In this document: in pieces, positions 13,466 to 42,260 of the stretch
Layout: each line of letters opens with the position of its first letter
Numbering within the stretch: the first letter of the stretch is position 1
Origin: Haliotis rufescens
Lineage: Eukaryota
NCBI RefSeq assembly: GCF_023055435.1
Contig: NW_025964112.1
Span: 60,202,001 to 60,266,000 of the forward strand
Reading direction: 5' to 3'
Length of the DNA: 64,000 nucleotides
Position numbers and translations under genes: made by a program
Notes under the pieces: generated by a model
Database searches by the model: none
Told to the model about the DNA's origin: nothing
The model's input: the letters and a program-made list of their open reading frames with translations, nothing else

Positions 13466-14221
13466 CGAGTATTAATGAACAATGTACCATGTATTGCCTG
13501 CTTCTTGTGAAACAAATTGCCGTGGAGATTCGTGGCAAAACACGTCCAATAGATGACGTCGCGGTATTCGTGTCAAAGATAATCTGTCACTATTGATTGT
13601 CTTTGTCAACACCTCGGCTGCAAGTTGAATAAGCCTATTTCACAAACCAGGTAATCGAAAATGCTAAAAATCCATAAAAGGATTATAGGAAACTGTTTGT
13701 TCATGTTCGTAAGCTAAGAGGGGTTCTATCAACGCGGGTGGGATTGTAATGAGTCGCTGGAAATTCTCCATGCAGGTCACATCAACAGGTTGTGTGCGTT
13801 AATGGCACAAATCATACGAACCGTCTTTGTGTGATACGTTTACTATTCAATAACAGGCCTCAACATAAAGTGTTGCAATTAGACAGATATTCCTATTCAG
13901 ATCTTCAAATACTTGGTTCGAGTGCATGGCGCATAACAGTCAATTGCTTTGGGGTTGTTTTTTTCTTTTTTCTGCAATAATCACTAGGTTTCATACACAG
14001 GTCCACACAATTTTAGTTCGAGTATATCACAATTATTGTATGTGGGTAGGCAATATCAATTACTTGTTATTGTCTTGTTAGCTGTGGTGGGTTTATTGAT
14101 GTATTTACTTTTAATCTGGCTTCTTTCACAATAAAAATTGCTGAGGATGCAGCCCAAATTATAACAACATCGGTAATCGGAACCGGAACATTGTTTTGAT
14201 TCAGATCAAAATCCTACTCAC

Positions 14222-14619
14222 CGAATGAAGCGATGAACTTGGTGCTCATGAAGTAGGCCAGTAGCTCTGATATGTGGTTGATGACAGACGCCAGACCAAA
14301 CAGTGTGGGGCTGCCCCCCAGATCCTGCAAGTGCCAGAACAGGAAAGTGAAGATGATGCCGATCCCAAAGCCCATAAACCAGGCGATGAAGAGAACAGAG
14401 ATGTACTTGTATGTCCCTAGCATCTTGATGACCGTCATCCATTTACTCATGAAGGGGTCTCCGGAGTAGTCATAGTCCCCGGGTGCAACCGCTCCTGGGG
14501 CCTTCAGGGCATCAGTTACCATGTCATGGTCCTTCCCAAGACTTATATGAAGAGGCCTATCTGATCCAGGTTTCTGGTCGCCCTGATATTGTTGTTGCTG
14601 CTGTTGTTGCTGCTGTTGT

Positions 14620-14651
<32 letters not shown>

Positions 14652-15899
14652 CTGCTGCCATTCTTGCTGCTGTCGCTGTTCCTGCTCCTGAACTCTTTGC
14701 TTCTCAAGTTCAGCATGGGTATATGCATCATCGTCATCCTCTTCTATAAGTCTCTGTCTGTCAATTTTCTTAATGCCTGTTATTGTTTGTTTAACTTTGT
14801 CCTTCACCTTCATAGTAATCTGAGAGAGGACTATTTCACGACCTTGACCTTGGTGATCAAATCTGAGCTGCAAGGCCGTGATGAAGGCACAACTCATGAG
14901 CACAGTGAACACTGCAAAACAAACCACGTAGTTCTTCTCAGCATGATGTTGTGTCCCACAGGGATGTTGAGGGAACGTAGTGGAGTGGTCCAGGGCAAGA
15001 CCCACGAAGAACATAGATAAACCCCATCCAAGCGATCCAAACATTCTTTGTCTTCCGTAGTTTTCCGTGTCATCACCCAAAACAGCTAGAGTAACAGAAT
15101 CTGCGAATGTTATTGCAGGTGCGCTGAAGAACTCTCCAATAACAACAAGTAGCAGTAGAATAAAGAACACCTCCTGGACCTCGTCTTCTCGATAGACGAT
15201 GGTGCTGAAGGGCGAGTGCAACAGACCTTTCACGTCAGATTCATTGGCATTGGCGTACTTTGTATGGTCAAGTCGGCGGGGACTCTCACCTGTCCCCCGT
15301 CTGTGACGCATCACCAGAATATTCTCCTTCTCGTCGTGATGACGGGTGTACAGGTTCCTGGCCATGCCAAGTTGTTCCTCAATGTGGAAGGATGTCTCCC
15401 GTCTCTCCCGTCCTAGTGGTGTGATGAGGATGTCGTGAGTGCCGTTGTTGTTGATGCACCGTTCAGCAGGTGGAGTCACGAATGCTATGGCCAAGGTAAA
15501 GATGATCCAACAAAACAAGGAGAAAAGTAAAAGTTCCTTTGCGCGTTTGTATCTATCCGCAATACCACCCCAGAAAGGCGCGCTGAGAAACTCAATGAAA
15601 GGACGGAATCCTATGAGGACACCGCTCTGTGAGGGGTTCATACCAAGCTGCTTGAAATAAATGGCGAGGAGGGGAAACAAGGAGCCAAAGGCTCCGAAGA
15701 AGAAGAAATAGAATAGTTTGCATATGAGTAAATCCCGGTTGACCACAGTAAATAAAGTGTCGATGAGGTCCCGTGGCCGTGCAGGGTTCGGGGGGCCGGA
15801 GTTGAGACGTTTGGCGGTGTGTTGGTACTCACGGTCTTCCGTGGGCTGGGGGTAGCCCTCAGATGCCGGAGTTTCTTCAGCGTCGAAATCAGTCGCCAT
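14222..15899 (-). CDS. MFSD6: Major facilitator superfamily domain-containing protein 6, large first coding exon (gene continues toward lower coordinates)
   Basis: ORF carries MFSD6 signatures KLFYFFFFGAFGSLFPLL, APFWGGIADR, YGRQRMFGSLGWG and FTFLFWHLQDLGGSPTLFGLASVINHISEL. ATG context is aagATGG, and a G|gtgagt donor lies at 14222/14221. Confidence 0.93.
14589..14657 (-). repeat. Coding CAG/CAA repeat encoding Q23
   Basis: 69 nt of mixed ctg/ttg triplets in frame in the MFSD6 central loop. Confidence 0.95.
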
Positions 15900-17474
15900 C
15901 TTGTTGAAGCGATTTGAGTAATGTCCTAAGGGGCTGATCTAGCGATCAACGCCGAATTAATGTAGACTGGTTTAACACGTAATACTAGTACTTTTCGGCA
16001 TCCTCCTAATCTACCCGCCTTCTTCAAACAATGTCGACAACAGTGTGGCACTGGACAGACCTAATAAGCAGACGACAGCTTCAGTTACTACAGAGTGGTA
16101 GTGTGGAGCGTCACAGAGTCATCTTACAACAAGAGCACCTCTGCACCGATGTCTGCTGACTGAAGCTCTGCCTTGCCTAAACTGCAGCACAAGACACGGC
16201 CGGGGCGGTATTTACCAATAATCCACTGAGCTATTTCCAGTGATGGTGGTCCGCGACAGAAGCCTGGTACCGACAACCACTCCGCAATTACAGCAGATCG
16301 ATACAGACTTTGGCGGGAAACTCACGCTCCGTTGGGCAGAAAGACCTCTCTATGTAGATATAGTACATGGTTTGCGCTGTAGCGTGTGGCTGACACGGGG
16401 ATCCCAGTGGCACACGTTGCACACTGAGAGGGTGACGAGTTAAAAAAAGAAGAACACAACTTACCAGTGTAATAGAGTAATAGGCTTCAACACAATTTGT
16501 AGCAGCAGTGATGGATGACTTATGAATGTTTGCTGATTAGGGATTACTAACAAGAGGCACTGCCGTGGTATATCCACAAGGGAGCTATTGCTGTAGGATG
16601 GCGTGTTATAAGGACATACTGTAGAAGAGGGAGTTGTGATGACTTATGCCACTTTAATGGGAATATAGTACAGCAACGCTCATTAACATTTTTTATTTCA
16701 AAATATACGTTTATCATTTTCGTATCCGTCCTAACATGATCCTGGTCTGTTTTTATGTCTCCCTTTCAATGGAACAGTCTTCCAACTATCACTTTAACTT
16801 TAAATCCGTTATCGCAAACATTGGTATCTCACCCTCCTATGTTGTGAAGATTGCATCGTTATGTGTGTTCGTGTATCTAGATGGGAGAAAATACAGATGT
16901 TATCTATGGTAGAGTGAGTGGGCATATCGTGAAACTGATCGAGTGACTCAGTGGATCGTACATTGTCAGCATCAGCAACCGTTAGGGCAAGCAGCTATCA
17001 AATACACTCCTGAACACCAAACCAGCAATATCACAGGAGTTGTTGGTAATGAACTACATTCAACCCACTTGATGTAAACCACCCTTAACAGCCACGTCAA
17101 GGGATATACCTCTTTTTAATTATTACAATACTTTACATTTAATTAGGGGCCGACCATTTAATAGTCTGGGAGGGGCCTGGGATTATATCGAAAACAAATT
17201 GTCCCAGAAAATGGGAAAACAAAATTAATTATATAATGTATATTGTCTGCAAGATAGTCATTGTAAACATATAATTAAGTCTCATAGTTTTTATTTTGAA
17301 AAAGATCTAGTCTCGATACAAAAAAAACATCCATTCGGTCCCTTACAAGCATTTCTCTATCACAGTCACTGACTACGAGTTATGAGACGGCCAAGGTATG
17401 TCCCAGCAGTGCCTACGAGTTATTCATACTAGATCAGTGCCTACAAGACACACGTCTCTGAGACCGACTAGTCT

Positions 17475-19320
17475 ATATGATCACCCTCAACACACCAAGT
17501 CAATCTCAACCTACCAGGTCACCCTCAACCCACCAGCCTGTATGATCACCCTCAACCCACCTGCCTGTATGATCACCCTCAACCCACCAGCCTGTATGAT
17601 CACCCACAACCCACCTGCCTGTATGATCACCCTCAACCCACCAGCCTGTATGATCACCCTCAACACACCAGCTTGTATGATCACCCTCAACCCACCTGCC
17701 TGTATGATCACCCACAACCACCAGGTCACCCTCAACACACCAGCCTGTATGATCACCCTCAACACACCAGCTTGTATGATCACCCTCAACCCACCTGCCT
17801 GTATGATCACCCTCAACCACCAGTCTGTAAGATCACCCTCAACCCACCAGCTTGTATGATCACCCTCAACCACCAGCCTGTATGATCACCCTCAACACAC
17901 CAGCCTGTATGATCACCCTCAACACACCAGCCTGTAAGATCACCCTCAACACCCCAGCCTGTATGATCACCCACAACCCACATGCCTGTATGATCACCCT
18001 CAACACACCAGCCTGTATGATCACCCTCAACCCACCAGCCTGTATGATCACCCTCAACCCACCAGCCTGTATGATCACCCTCAACCCACCAGCCTGTATG
18101 ATCACCCTCAACCCACCTGCCTGTATGATCACCCACAACCCACCAGCCTGTATGATCACCCTCAACCCACCTGCCTGTATGATCACCCTCAACCCACCAG
18201 CCTGTATGATCACCCTCAACCCACCTGCCTGTATGATCACCCTCAACCCACCTGCCTGTATGATCACCCTCAACCCACCAGCCTGTATGATCACCCTCAA
18301 CCCACCTGCCTGTATGATCACCCTCAACCCACCAGCCTGTATGATCACCCTCAACCCACCAACCTGTAAGATCACCCTCAACCCACCAGCTTGTATGATC
18401 ACCCTCAACCACTAGCCTGTATGATCACCCTCAACACACCAGCCTGAATGATCACCCACAACCCACCTGCCTGTATGATCACCCTCAACCACCAGCCTGT
18501 ATGATCACCCTCAACACACCAGCCTGTATGATCACCCTCAACCCACCTGCCTGTATGATCACCCTCAACCCACCAGCCTGTATGATCACCCTCAACCCAC
18601 CTGCCTGTATGATCACCCTCAACCCACCAGCCTGTATGATCACCCTCAACCCACCTGCCTGTATGATCACCCACAACCCACCAGCCTGTATGATCGGCCT
18701 CAACCCACCTGCCTCTATGATCACCCTCAACCACCAGCCTGTAAGATCACCATCAACACACCAGCTTGTATGATCACCCACAACCCACCTGCCTGTATGA
18801 TCACCCTCAACCCACCTGCCTGTATGATCACCCTCAACCCACCAGCCTGTATGATCACCCTCAACCCACCTGCCTGTATGATCACCCTCAACCCACCAGC
18901 CTGTATGATCACCCTCAACCCACCTGCCTGTATGATCACCCACAACCCACCAGCTTGTATGATCACCCTCAACCCACCTGCCTGTATGATCACCCTCAAC
19001 CCACCTGCCTGTATGATCACCCTCAACCCACCAGCCTGTATGATCACCCACAACCCACCAGCTTGTATGATCACCCACAACCCTCCAGCTTGTATGATCA
19101 CCCACAACCCTCCAGCCAATGTGATCACCCTCAACCCACCAGCCTGTAGGATCACCCTCAACCCACTGGCCAATGTGATCACCCTTAACCAACCAGCCTG
19201 TATGATCACCTACAACCCACCAGCCTAAATGGTCACCCTCAACCAACCAGCCTGTATGATCACCTTCAACCCACCAGCGTATATGGTCACCCTCAACCGT
19301 CCAGCCTGCATGATCACCCT
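17475..19320. repeat. 30-bp minisatellite, ~60 copies
   Basis: Unit tgtatgatcaccctcaacccacc(a/t)gcc with occasional 29-bp variants. Confidence 0.97.
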
Positions 19321-20034
19321 CTTGAGGCCAGTCTATCACAGGCCTCCACTGCTAATACCAAGCGGTGTTAGCAACTGCAAGAAGTGAAGTTTTTTGCGCC
19401 TTGGGCCTATTGATTGTGTCTCGGCAAGCTTCATCAATAAAGGAGCAACCAGCAGCCCGACCTCACGAGACAAGGCAATGACGAAAAGAGCAAATAAGTT
19501 CCCGCTCATTTTCACACCGTTGATTGTGTTTATTACGAAAATGCTTATGTGATAAACGGCTCAACAACGTGGAATATAAAGCTGGAGGGTTTCCAGTGGA
19601 TATACTGATGCAGTAGTAGTTATGTCATGGCAACACTAGACATGATGTGAGGACTGACATTTAACCCAGGCGCGTATGTTTAATATTTCACACCGCGCTT
19701 TTTTACATAAACAGCACCTGAATTAGCAAAACCCACTATATCATGTGTTTTAATAAACACGTCAACCAGATCACAATTATCACAATTTGTTATTCTTGAG
19801 ATTTCCAAATTGATTTCACGTTGTACCGTTTTTAGAAGATTTTGAATCCATCAATTTGTCCATTACCCTCGGGAATGGTTGGGAGTAATTCTATAAGCCT
19901 ATTCAAAAATATTTGTACGTGCTGCCAATGTCTGATATGTTCTGCGGTGTGGCAGGCATGGGAATAGTTGTGCCCACAACAGACTTCACTAGCTTATGGG
20001 GGTGTACGGAGAGCGAGTCTCGAAGTCTTCGAAG

Positions 20035-20215
20035 GCGCCGCAATTCGCTGTGCAGAGCTGATCCGGGTCCATGTGCGTGTCAGCAACTTCAATATCATTG
20101 GTTCGAATCCCGGTTCGCCCCGATTATTTTTCAGGTTTGTCAGCACCGGATACGTGCTCGTGGGTTTCACTTAAGTGGCAAACATCTTAGAACTTCATCA
20201 CATACGGAGCTTACG
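20035..20215 (+). mobile_element. Family C SINE, partial and diverged
   Basis: aaggcgccgcaattcgctgtgcagag..ggttcgaatcccggttcgccccgatta..aggtttgtcagcacc. Confidence 0.75.
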
Positions 20216-20359
20216 TGATGTAACTGTAATACTGTTCAGTATTCAGTAGCCAAGGGCGAATGCCGTTAGCGGAGACGTAGCCTAGTGCTTAACTCAAGTT
20301 ATCCATCTCCTTTGTTTCAGGGACAAATGGTTTGTGGTGGTAGGCTGATGGATAGATGA

Positions 20360-21110
20360 GAGAATAATGATGGAAGAATAGTGGTTGACAAATAGAAGCC
20401 AATGGTGGAAGAATAATGTATTATGTTTTGACAAATAGTGGGCAATTGTAGAAGAATAATGGATAATGGTTGAATAATAGCGGTCAATGGTGGAAAAATA
20501 AGGGATAATTGTTGACAAATAGTGAACAACGGTGGGAAAATAATGGATAATGGTTGACAAATAGTGGACAATGGTCGGAAAATAATGGATAATGGTTGAC
20601 AAATAGTGGACAATGATGGGAAAATAATGGATAATGGTTGACAAATAGTGGACAATGGTGGGAAAATAATGGATAATGGTTGACAAATAGTGGACAATGG
20701 TGGGAAATAATGGATAATGGTTGACAAATAGTGGACAATGGTGGACAAATAATGGATAATGGTTGACAAATAGTGGACAATGGTGGGAAAATAACGGATA
20801 ATGGTTGACAAATAGTGGACAATGGTGGAAGAATAGTGCTAGTGGTGGAACAATAGTAGATAGTGGTGGAAGAATAGTGGTTAGTGGTGGAAGAATAAAA
20901 GATAGTGATAGAAAAAAGTGGATAGTGAACGCAGAATAGTGGATAGTGATGGACGAATAGTAGATAGGGGTGGAAGATTGTGGATAGTAGTGGAAGAGTA
21001 GTGGATAGTGGCGGAAGAATAGTGGTTTGTGATGGAAGGATAATGGATAGTGGGGGAAGATTCTGGATACTGATGGAGGAATAGTGGTTAGTGGTTGAAG
21101 AATAGTGGTC
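20360..21110. repeat. 42-bp (2x21) minisatellite with degenerate flanks
   Basis: Unit ggataatggttgacaaatagtggacaatggtgggaaaataat. Confidence 0.9.
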
Positions 21111-22007
21111 AAAGTGTTTGCTCATCTCGCCAATGTCAAATTAATCAATGCTTGCTATGCGTGAAGGCCACACGATGCCAGGAAACTCATGTGAAAAGCA
21201 CAGAGGCTTCCGATTCCCAAATACAGGTTACATATGAAACGTTTCACCTGTTACCATCATGAAATCGGATGCTACGGAAGATTTACCATCGTACAGCCGG
21301 GAAATGTTATACCGAGTTCTCCCTTTGACAGATTGATGGGTGGGACGAATTGTTTCCCTTGATAAGCTGATGAATCAATAAGGCCGTTACACACACACAT
21401 GCGCCTAATGCAGATAATATGGCTACTTGTACCTAATTAATACACCAAAGTACATGTCATCTTGGCGGGGTAATTAAGGAAGACGCAAAGCACAATGTAT
21501 ATGAAAACATACCTTTTAATATATACACTGCCTGTCGGGGTTTCTTAATGGGAGACGTGAATTAACCTTATCAGTATGCATGGATGTGTTTGCATAGTAT
21601 GGTAGCTCAGAATTATGCATAAATGTCTACCCTCGCTCTAGTACAGCAGATTGGCAGTCTTAGCCTGCTTTCTTCAAGTCCTCCACAACACTTCTTTCGC
21701 CGAATACTAGTAGCTTGTATCGATGTATCAGTTAGCGATTCCACCTATTAAACAGTCAGCTTCTAACAGGGCAATTATGATCTATATTATAAATAGTTTA
21801 AACATAAGCACGTATGGTTCTTACATCGGCAATGTAATATTGATCGTATCAGCGATCCTTTAAGTCAATATGTGGCGGTGTTAAAAATACGTTGCAACGT
21901 TTTGTATATGTGACCCAAACGTAAATGTTTAACATATGACACATTAACAAATTAATTCTGTCCGTCTGTCGATCGATCTGACTAAAACAACATCTCGACC
22001 TAAAGCT

Positions 22008-22352
22008 TGAAATGGGGTTTAACGTCGCGTCCACGATTATTGCACTTATATAGCGACGTGCATGTACGTGTGAGTGTTTGTGTGGCTGCTTGTACTAGTC
22101 CGGACTGATGCCGATTTATAGTGCTAGCCCACTGAGATACTATGCCGCAGTTTAACATGAATACCCCACTCAGATACAGTATACTGACTCCGAGCCGACC
22201 AGTCCTTGTTTTAGCCCCTGAATGCCGAGCGCCAGACAGGGTTACAACAAATACCATCTTTTAACGTCTTTTGGTATGACGCGGCCGGGGATCGAAACCC
22301 GGACATTCCGCTCTCCGGGCGGACGTTCTACCACTAGACCACGGAGACGGTC
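22008..22352 (-). mobile_element. Family B SINE, full length
   Basis: High-identity reverse complement of 11733-12084. Confidence 0.9.
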
Positions 22353-23817
22353 GATCTCATTTGGAGCCAAACGGACTTTGAATTAGTGACTTGAGAAACT
22401 GAGACATCTAGGGTGGCCCCTGTACATGATTTTGTTTCACTCTGTGTTTAACGTTCTTGTACAGAAGGTGAGACCTTCATAAATTATCCTCTCTCTCGAA
22501 AATGTACATGACTCCTGTGGTCTCGAAGACACTGACACAAAGCAATTATGTCCAACATTGAATACAGACATGTTCTTGCTTCAGTGTCGGGATCAGTGTG
22601 CTTGCTGCAGCCGAACGAGTCTAGTTTTCCCGCTAACTTGACGTGACAGACGACAGTGCCACGTAAGGCCGACACTGTGTCCTCCTAATTACATATTCTA
22701 TTACGGAGATCGATAAGTCATCTAAACAAAGCAGCAGGCTCATCCAAACAGCCTTCTCCCTAATTAGTGGGTACACAATCAATGGCTCCGACAGGCTTCT
22801 TACATAAGACGAAATCTGCCAGCTCATTAGTAGAGCCCGCTATTTCAATCTCGGTCGTGGTTGGCGATGTCGTCTGTCACGCTGTTATGGTGGAGTTTTT
22901 GTAGTTGTGGGTGGATTGATATTAGATATTGGAAACCGCATCAACGGTAGTCATGGAACGGATCTAATAACACTTGCACAGAGCGTGTGTGTCGCCGAAT
23001 GAACTAATACTGAATGTAAATCGTGATAAAGACGTTGCTGTAAAACCTTGACTGGAAGACGATTCGACCTTGAACTCTACAGTAGTCTCTATTGCGATGT
23101 AAGACAACTTGTTTTGCATGTTCTGTTAAACGTAGGTCAACGTCAACAAAATAGTTAATAGGGAAAGGAGGGGACTCTGTTTCCTGCAATGGTATTTCAA
23201 AACGCACTGCATGAACATGCAATAAATAGTTTGAGTCACTTAAGAGTGAGTGAGTGAGTGAGGTTTCAGCAGCATTCCAGTAATATCAAGGAGTGGTGCA
23301 CCATCACCAGCAAGATTGTACCCATGTGGGGAATCGAACACGTGTACCAGGCTAACCCTTTTCCTGGGAAGGAATATCCGCGAGGAACCAGTGAGCCTCC
23401 CTTTTTTAAAACATAAATCATCAAATTTAAAAAAAATGAAGCGAAATACTAATTTAATGCCCTCAAATAAATTATATTAATTTGACACTGTCGGTTCTCT
23501 GCCCATTTTGGAGAAGGTTCAATCGAAATGAACTCTAATCCCCTTGCATTCATTTCCTACATTTTATTCGACACCATACCGGCCCTATGGGACTGTCTCT
23601 TGGCCTAGGTTGGAGGCGGTGAGGTAACATGGGGTTTAAGGTCGCGTTCAATATTATTGCACTTATACAGCGAAGTGCATGCACATCCGAACTTATGCCG
23701 GCTGTATAGTTCCATATAGCGAGCCAACTCCCTCTCTCTCCATTTCTGCGTGAAGATCTGATGACACCTCCGTGGAAGGTGAATCCCCGAGAAAACTGTT
23801 ACCCCTCAATCTGAATG

Positions 23818-24096
23818 TTTGTTGTTTGTTTTGTTTGTTGTTAAACGCCGCTCTCAGCAATATTCCAGCTATATGAGGGCGGTCTGTAAATAATCGAGTT
23901 TGGACCAGACAATCCAGTGATTGACATCATGAGCAACGATCCACGTAAGTGAGATACGATGACATGCATCAACCAAGTCAGCGAGCCTGACGAGCCTGAC
24001 CATCCGATCTTAGTCGACTCTCACGACAAGCATAGCTTGCTTTTACGGCAAGCATGGGTTGCTGAAGACCTATTCTACCCCAGATCTTCACGGGTC
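23818..24096 (-). mobile_element. Family D retroposon, full length (double-hairpin variant)
   Basis: Ends ..gatcttcacgggtc; short imperfect TSD ctgaatg/ctggatg. Confidence 0.85.
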
Positions 24097-24665
24097 CTGG
24101 ATGAAGGAAGGTCAGTTCTTGAGCCAATCACAAGTCAGCTTTCCAAAACTTCGAACTGAGGAAAAGAAATCCCCTACCGAAAACATATCTACCCCTAAAA
24201 GGACACCCTTTTGGGTGCAGACGCCTTGTCGCTCAGAATTGAACGATGTATAAATTTTCAACACTATAATAGCTCGGCTTTATGTCTTAGAAGCCTCAAC
24301 ATTCATTTGTTGTTCATTAAATCTTCCCGAGACAAGCGTGTCTACTAATCTGTATCAAAGCCTAGTTCTAAAAACAAGACTTTGATAGACTAGTGGACAC
24401 TCTTGCCTTGGGAAAATGTTTGCGGTTTAGAAAGTTCAGCTGTCAAGGACTCCTATGGAGGTAGTAGATGTAATTTCGACAGACTGACAGAGGAATACAA
24501 AAGAAACAACATTTAATCCAACATGCGTTCCCCTGGCTGGGTCCAACAGGAAGGAAATACCAGTTATTGATGATGCAAGTGTTTATTTACAATGTATGAC
24601 AATACAAGTGATTATTTACAAATCATGACAATTCAAGTTTTGTTTTACAATGTATGATGATGTAA

Positions 24666-25214
24666 AGCAGCTCTCACACTTTGCCGAGTTGGTTGCCGAG
24701 CTCTCCCGAGCCTAACTCGGTTAGGACTCGGGAAGAGACTACACATATACGAGTATCATACGAGTACGCTACGAGTGTTACGAGCCCCATAGGAGTCCAA
24801 TAGAAGTCCAATAGGAGTCTAATAGGAGTCTATTAAGAGTTGCATAATTCGGGGGGATTTTTTCACATGATTGAACATGGAGGCTCGTATAGCTCGTATT
24901 AGACTTGGTCAACTCGGCAATAAATTTTGCAGACGATCCTCATACGAGTTCTGTACGAGCACCACGAGGTCGCCACGAGGGTACTACGAGTAGGACGATT
25001 TTGTTACGATTGTGTTACGAGTGTGTTACAAGTGTGTTACGAGTGTGTTACGACTTGGCTAGCGGCCCCAGTGTTTTGAGCAGTTCCAAAACTCTCGTCG
25101 ATCAGTACGAGGTATCCCGAGTTACCCCGAGTTTAGTACGAGCTCCATACGAGTACCCCCGAGTCAGCTCGGGTCCATACTTGGGACGCAGCTCGGCAAA
25201 GTGTGAGAGCCCCT
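24666..25214. mobile_element. MITE, PIF/Harbinger-like
   Basis: TIRs AGCAGCTCTCACACTTTGCCGAG / CTCGGCAAAGTGTGAGAGCCCCT with TAA on both sides; interior rich in ACGAG/CTCG motifs. Confidence 0.8.
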
Positions 25215-26943
25215 TAATTCCGAATGTGTGTCAGTTACAACGCTGAGACTTCAACATACTTCTTCAACAAACAAAACACTCATCCCCAAACATCTAAAAA
25301 CGATGACGTTGTTCTTGCAGTTGATTCTGAGCAAGGAATTCACTAGCCATTCTGACCTTGCAGTTTAACAAGGAAAATTGATGCAACTATAGGTCATTAT
25401 TCAAAATCATATAGAAATTATATCAACCATACGATAGCTTGAGTCCGAAAAATCACTAGACTCTGTTGACTACGGAAGTAGAATTAACGAGCCCGATACG
25501 ATTCTTTGGTATCAATAGATTCTAATGGCTTCTCCATTACAGAATAAACTGCCCATACAGAAACAGCAACATGTAGAAACTTCAGTATGTTAATGAGATT
25601 TATCATCCAAAACTGGCTCCCACAGGAGATATCCTTGGATGAGATCAAGCGATATCTACACTGTAGATATAACTAATTATATGTTCAATTATAGGTGACA
25701 AAATGCAGTTGTGGTGACCACAATATTCAAAGTATGTATGACAATAAGTATGTATGACAATAAGTATGTACTACAACAGAAATCAATTGAGAAAGTGTAT
25801 TTCAAGTTTTGGGGACAACAGAGAGCTTGAGTTGTTGCAACTAAAGCGCTTGGTTGTAAATTAAAATTTGAGCATATACAGAACCATACATGTTAATAGG
25901 CTAGTATCAGCTCAAGAAACTTCCCAAAACACTTCACTCAATATCTTTGCTAACACGAAAGATTTTTGTTTAATTTTGTCATGGTAGAATGAAGATAAAC
26001 ATCTACAGGTAACCTAGTTCTGCATTGAAAACATGGTGTGTTTAGTCTCTATACAATTGGCAGCATAACATTGTATATCTGTAGATGTGCTCCAAATATC
26101 ATGTAACCATAGTAACCTACGATCCCTTGGCTCTGCATGGTAATTATTGTCAGTCTCCCCTTCTGACCCCAGACAATAAGCTTTGTTATCTTCACCTCAC
26201 ATCCTTGGGCTCACATCTATCTACTGATTGACATCACAAGTAAATTACACTCGGGCACACGTGATTCTGATTGTAATTGACAAATGAAAACCTTTAATGA
26301 AAGCTAGGCTATCCCTCTTATCAAGCAATTAAACATCCATCACCTAGAATATACCTGAAAAAAGAGCATCTCTCTGTATTCCCTCCCCATTCTATCTGAA
26401 CCAACTGTGCCTCATCCTAAAACTACTGATTCCAACCCCCAAGCATTCTCCTTGTGCCCCACCCCTTGTCCCCTACTCCACCTGATTCCACCCCCCTGAG
26501 GCGTGAGGCAAACACGTGTCAGAGCCACTCTCCTGCCCCACCCCTTGTCCCCTACTCCACCTGATTCCACCCCCCAGCACAGAGAGCCACATACATGTCA
26601 GAGCCACTCTCCTTCCCCACCCCTTGTCACATCCCCTTCTCAACCTGATTCCACCCGCCTGAGGCGCGAGCCACACCCGTGTCAGAGCCACTCTCCTGCA
26701 CCACCCCTTGTGTTGTCCCCTGATCCACATCATTCCACCCCCCAGCACCCAACCCCCAAGCATTCTCCTTGTGCCCCACCCCTTGTCCCCTACTCCACCT
26801 GATTCCACCCCCCTGAGGCGTGAGGCAAACACGTGTCAGAGCCACTCTCCTGCCCCACCCCTTGTCCCCTACTCCACCTGATTCCACCCCCCAGCACAGA
26901 GAGCCACATACATGTCAGAGCCACTCTCCTTCCCCACCCCTTG

Positions 26944-41995
<15,052 letters not shown>

Positions 41996-42260
41996 GATGA
42001 TTCTAACGTATTGCCTACGATGAAAGCAAACCTTTCATTGGTTAATGTTCTGATCTAAACCGGAAATACAATATTCTACCAATCAACAGCTACATTACAA
42101 ATGAAAACATCGAAACATGTGTTTACAACTCCCCACGACGTTGTTTTTGTAAGGAGCAATGTTTACTGTCAGCGCTGACATCGCTGTAGGGAGTTAATGT
42201 GATGAATAATCGCGGTTTTGTTCACAACATCATTGAAACATACTAACGTTTTTGTCCATA
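41996..42260. promoter_or_regulatory. Putative bidirectional promoter shared by RNF113A and CRPPA
   Basis: Divergent ATGs are 265 bp apart. An inverted CCAAT pair (ATTGG ~42037, CCAAT ~42079) flanks an ETS-like ACCGGAAAT (~42060). No obvious TATA box. Confidence 0.7.

Noticed and set aside
14589-15020. Poly-Leu and poly-Ala ORFs on the + strand
   Set aside because: Antisense shadows of the MFSD6 polyQ exon
16455-16470. Strong minus-strand donor (ctg|gtaagt) suggesting a non-coding MFSD6 exon
   Set aside because: No matching acceptor or transcript evidence can be established from sequence alone
17398-19339. Many overlapping repetitive ORFs (MITLNPPAC, VEGDHTGWW)
   Set aside because: A 30-bp tandem repeat that is open in several frames, with frameshifting 29-bp units
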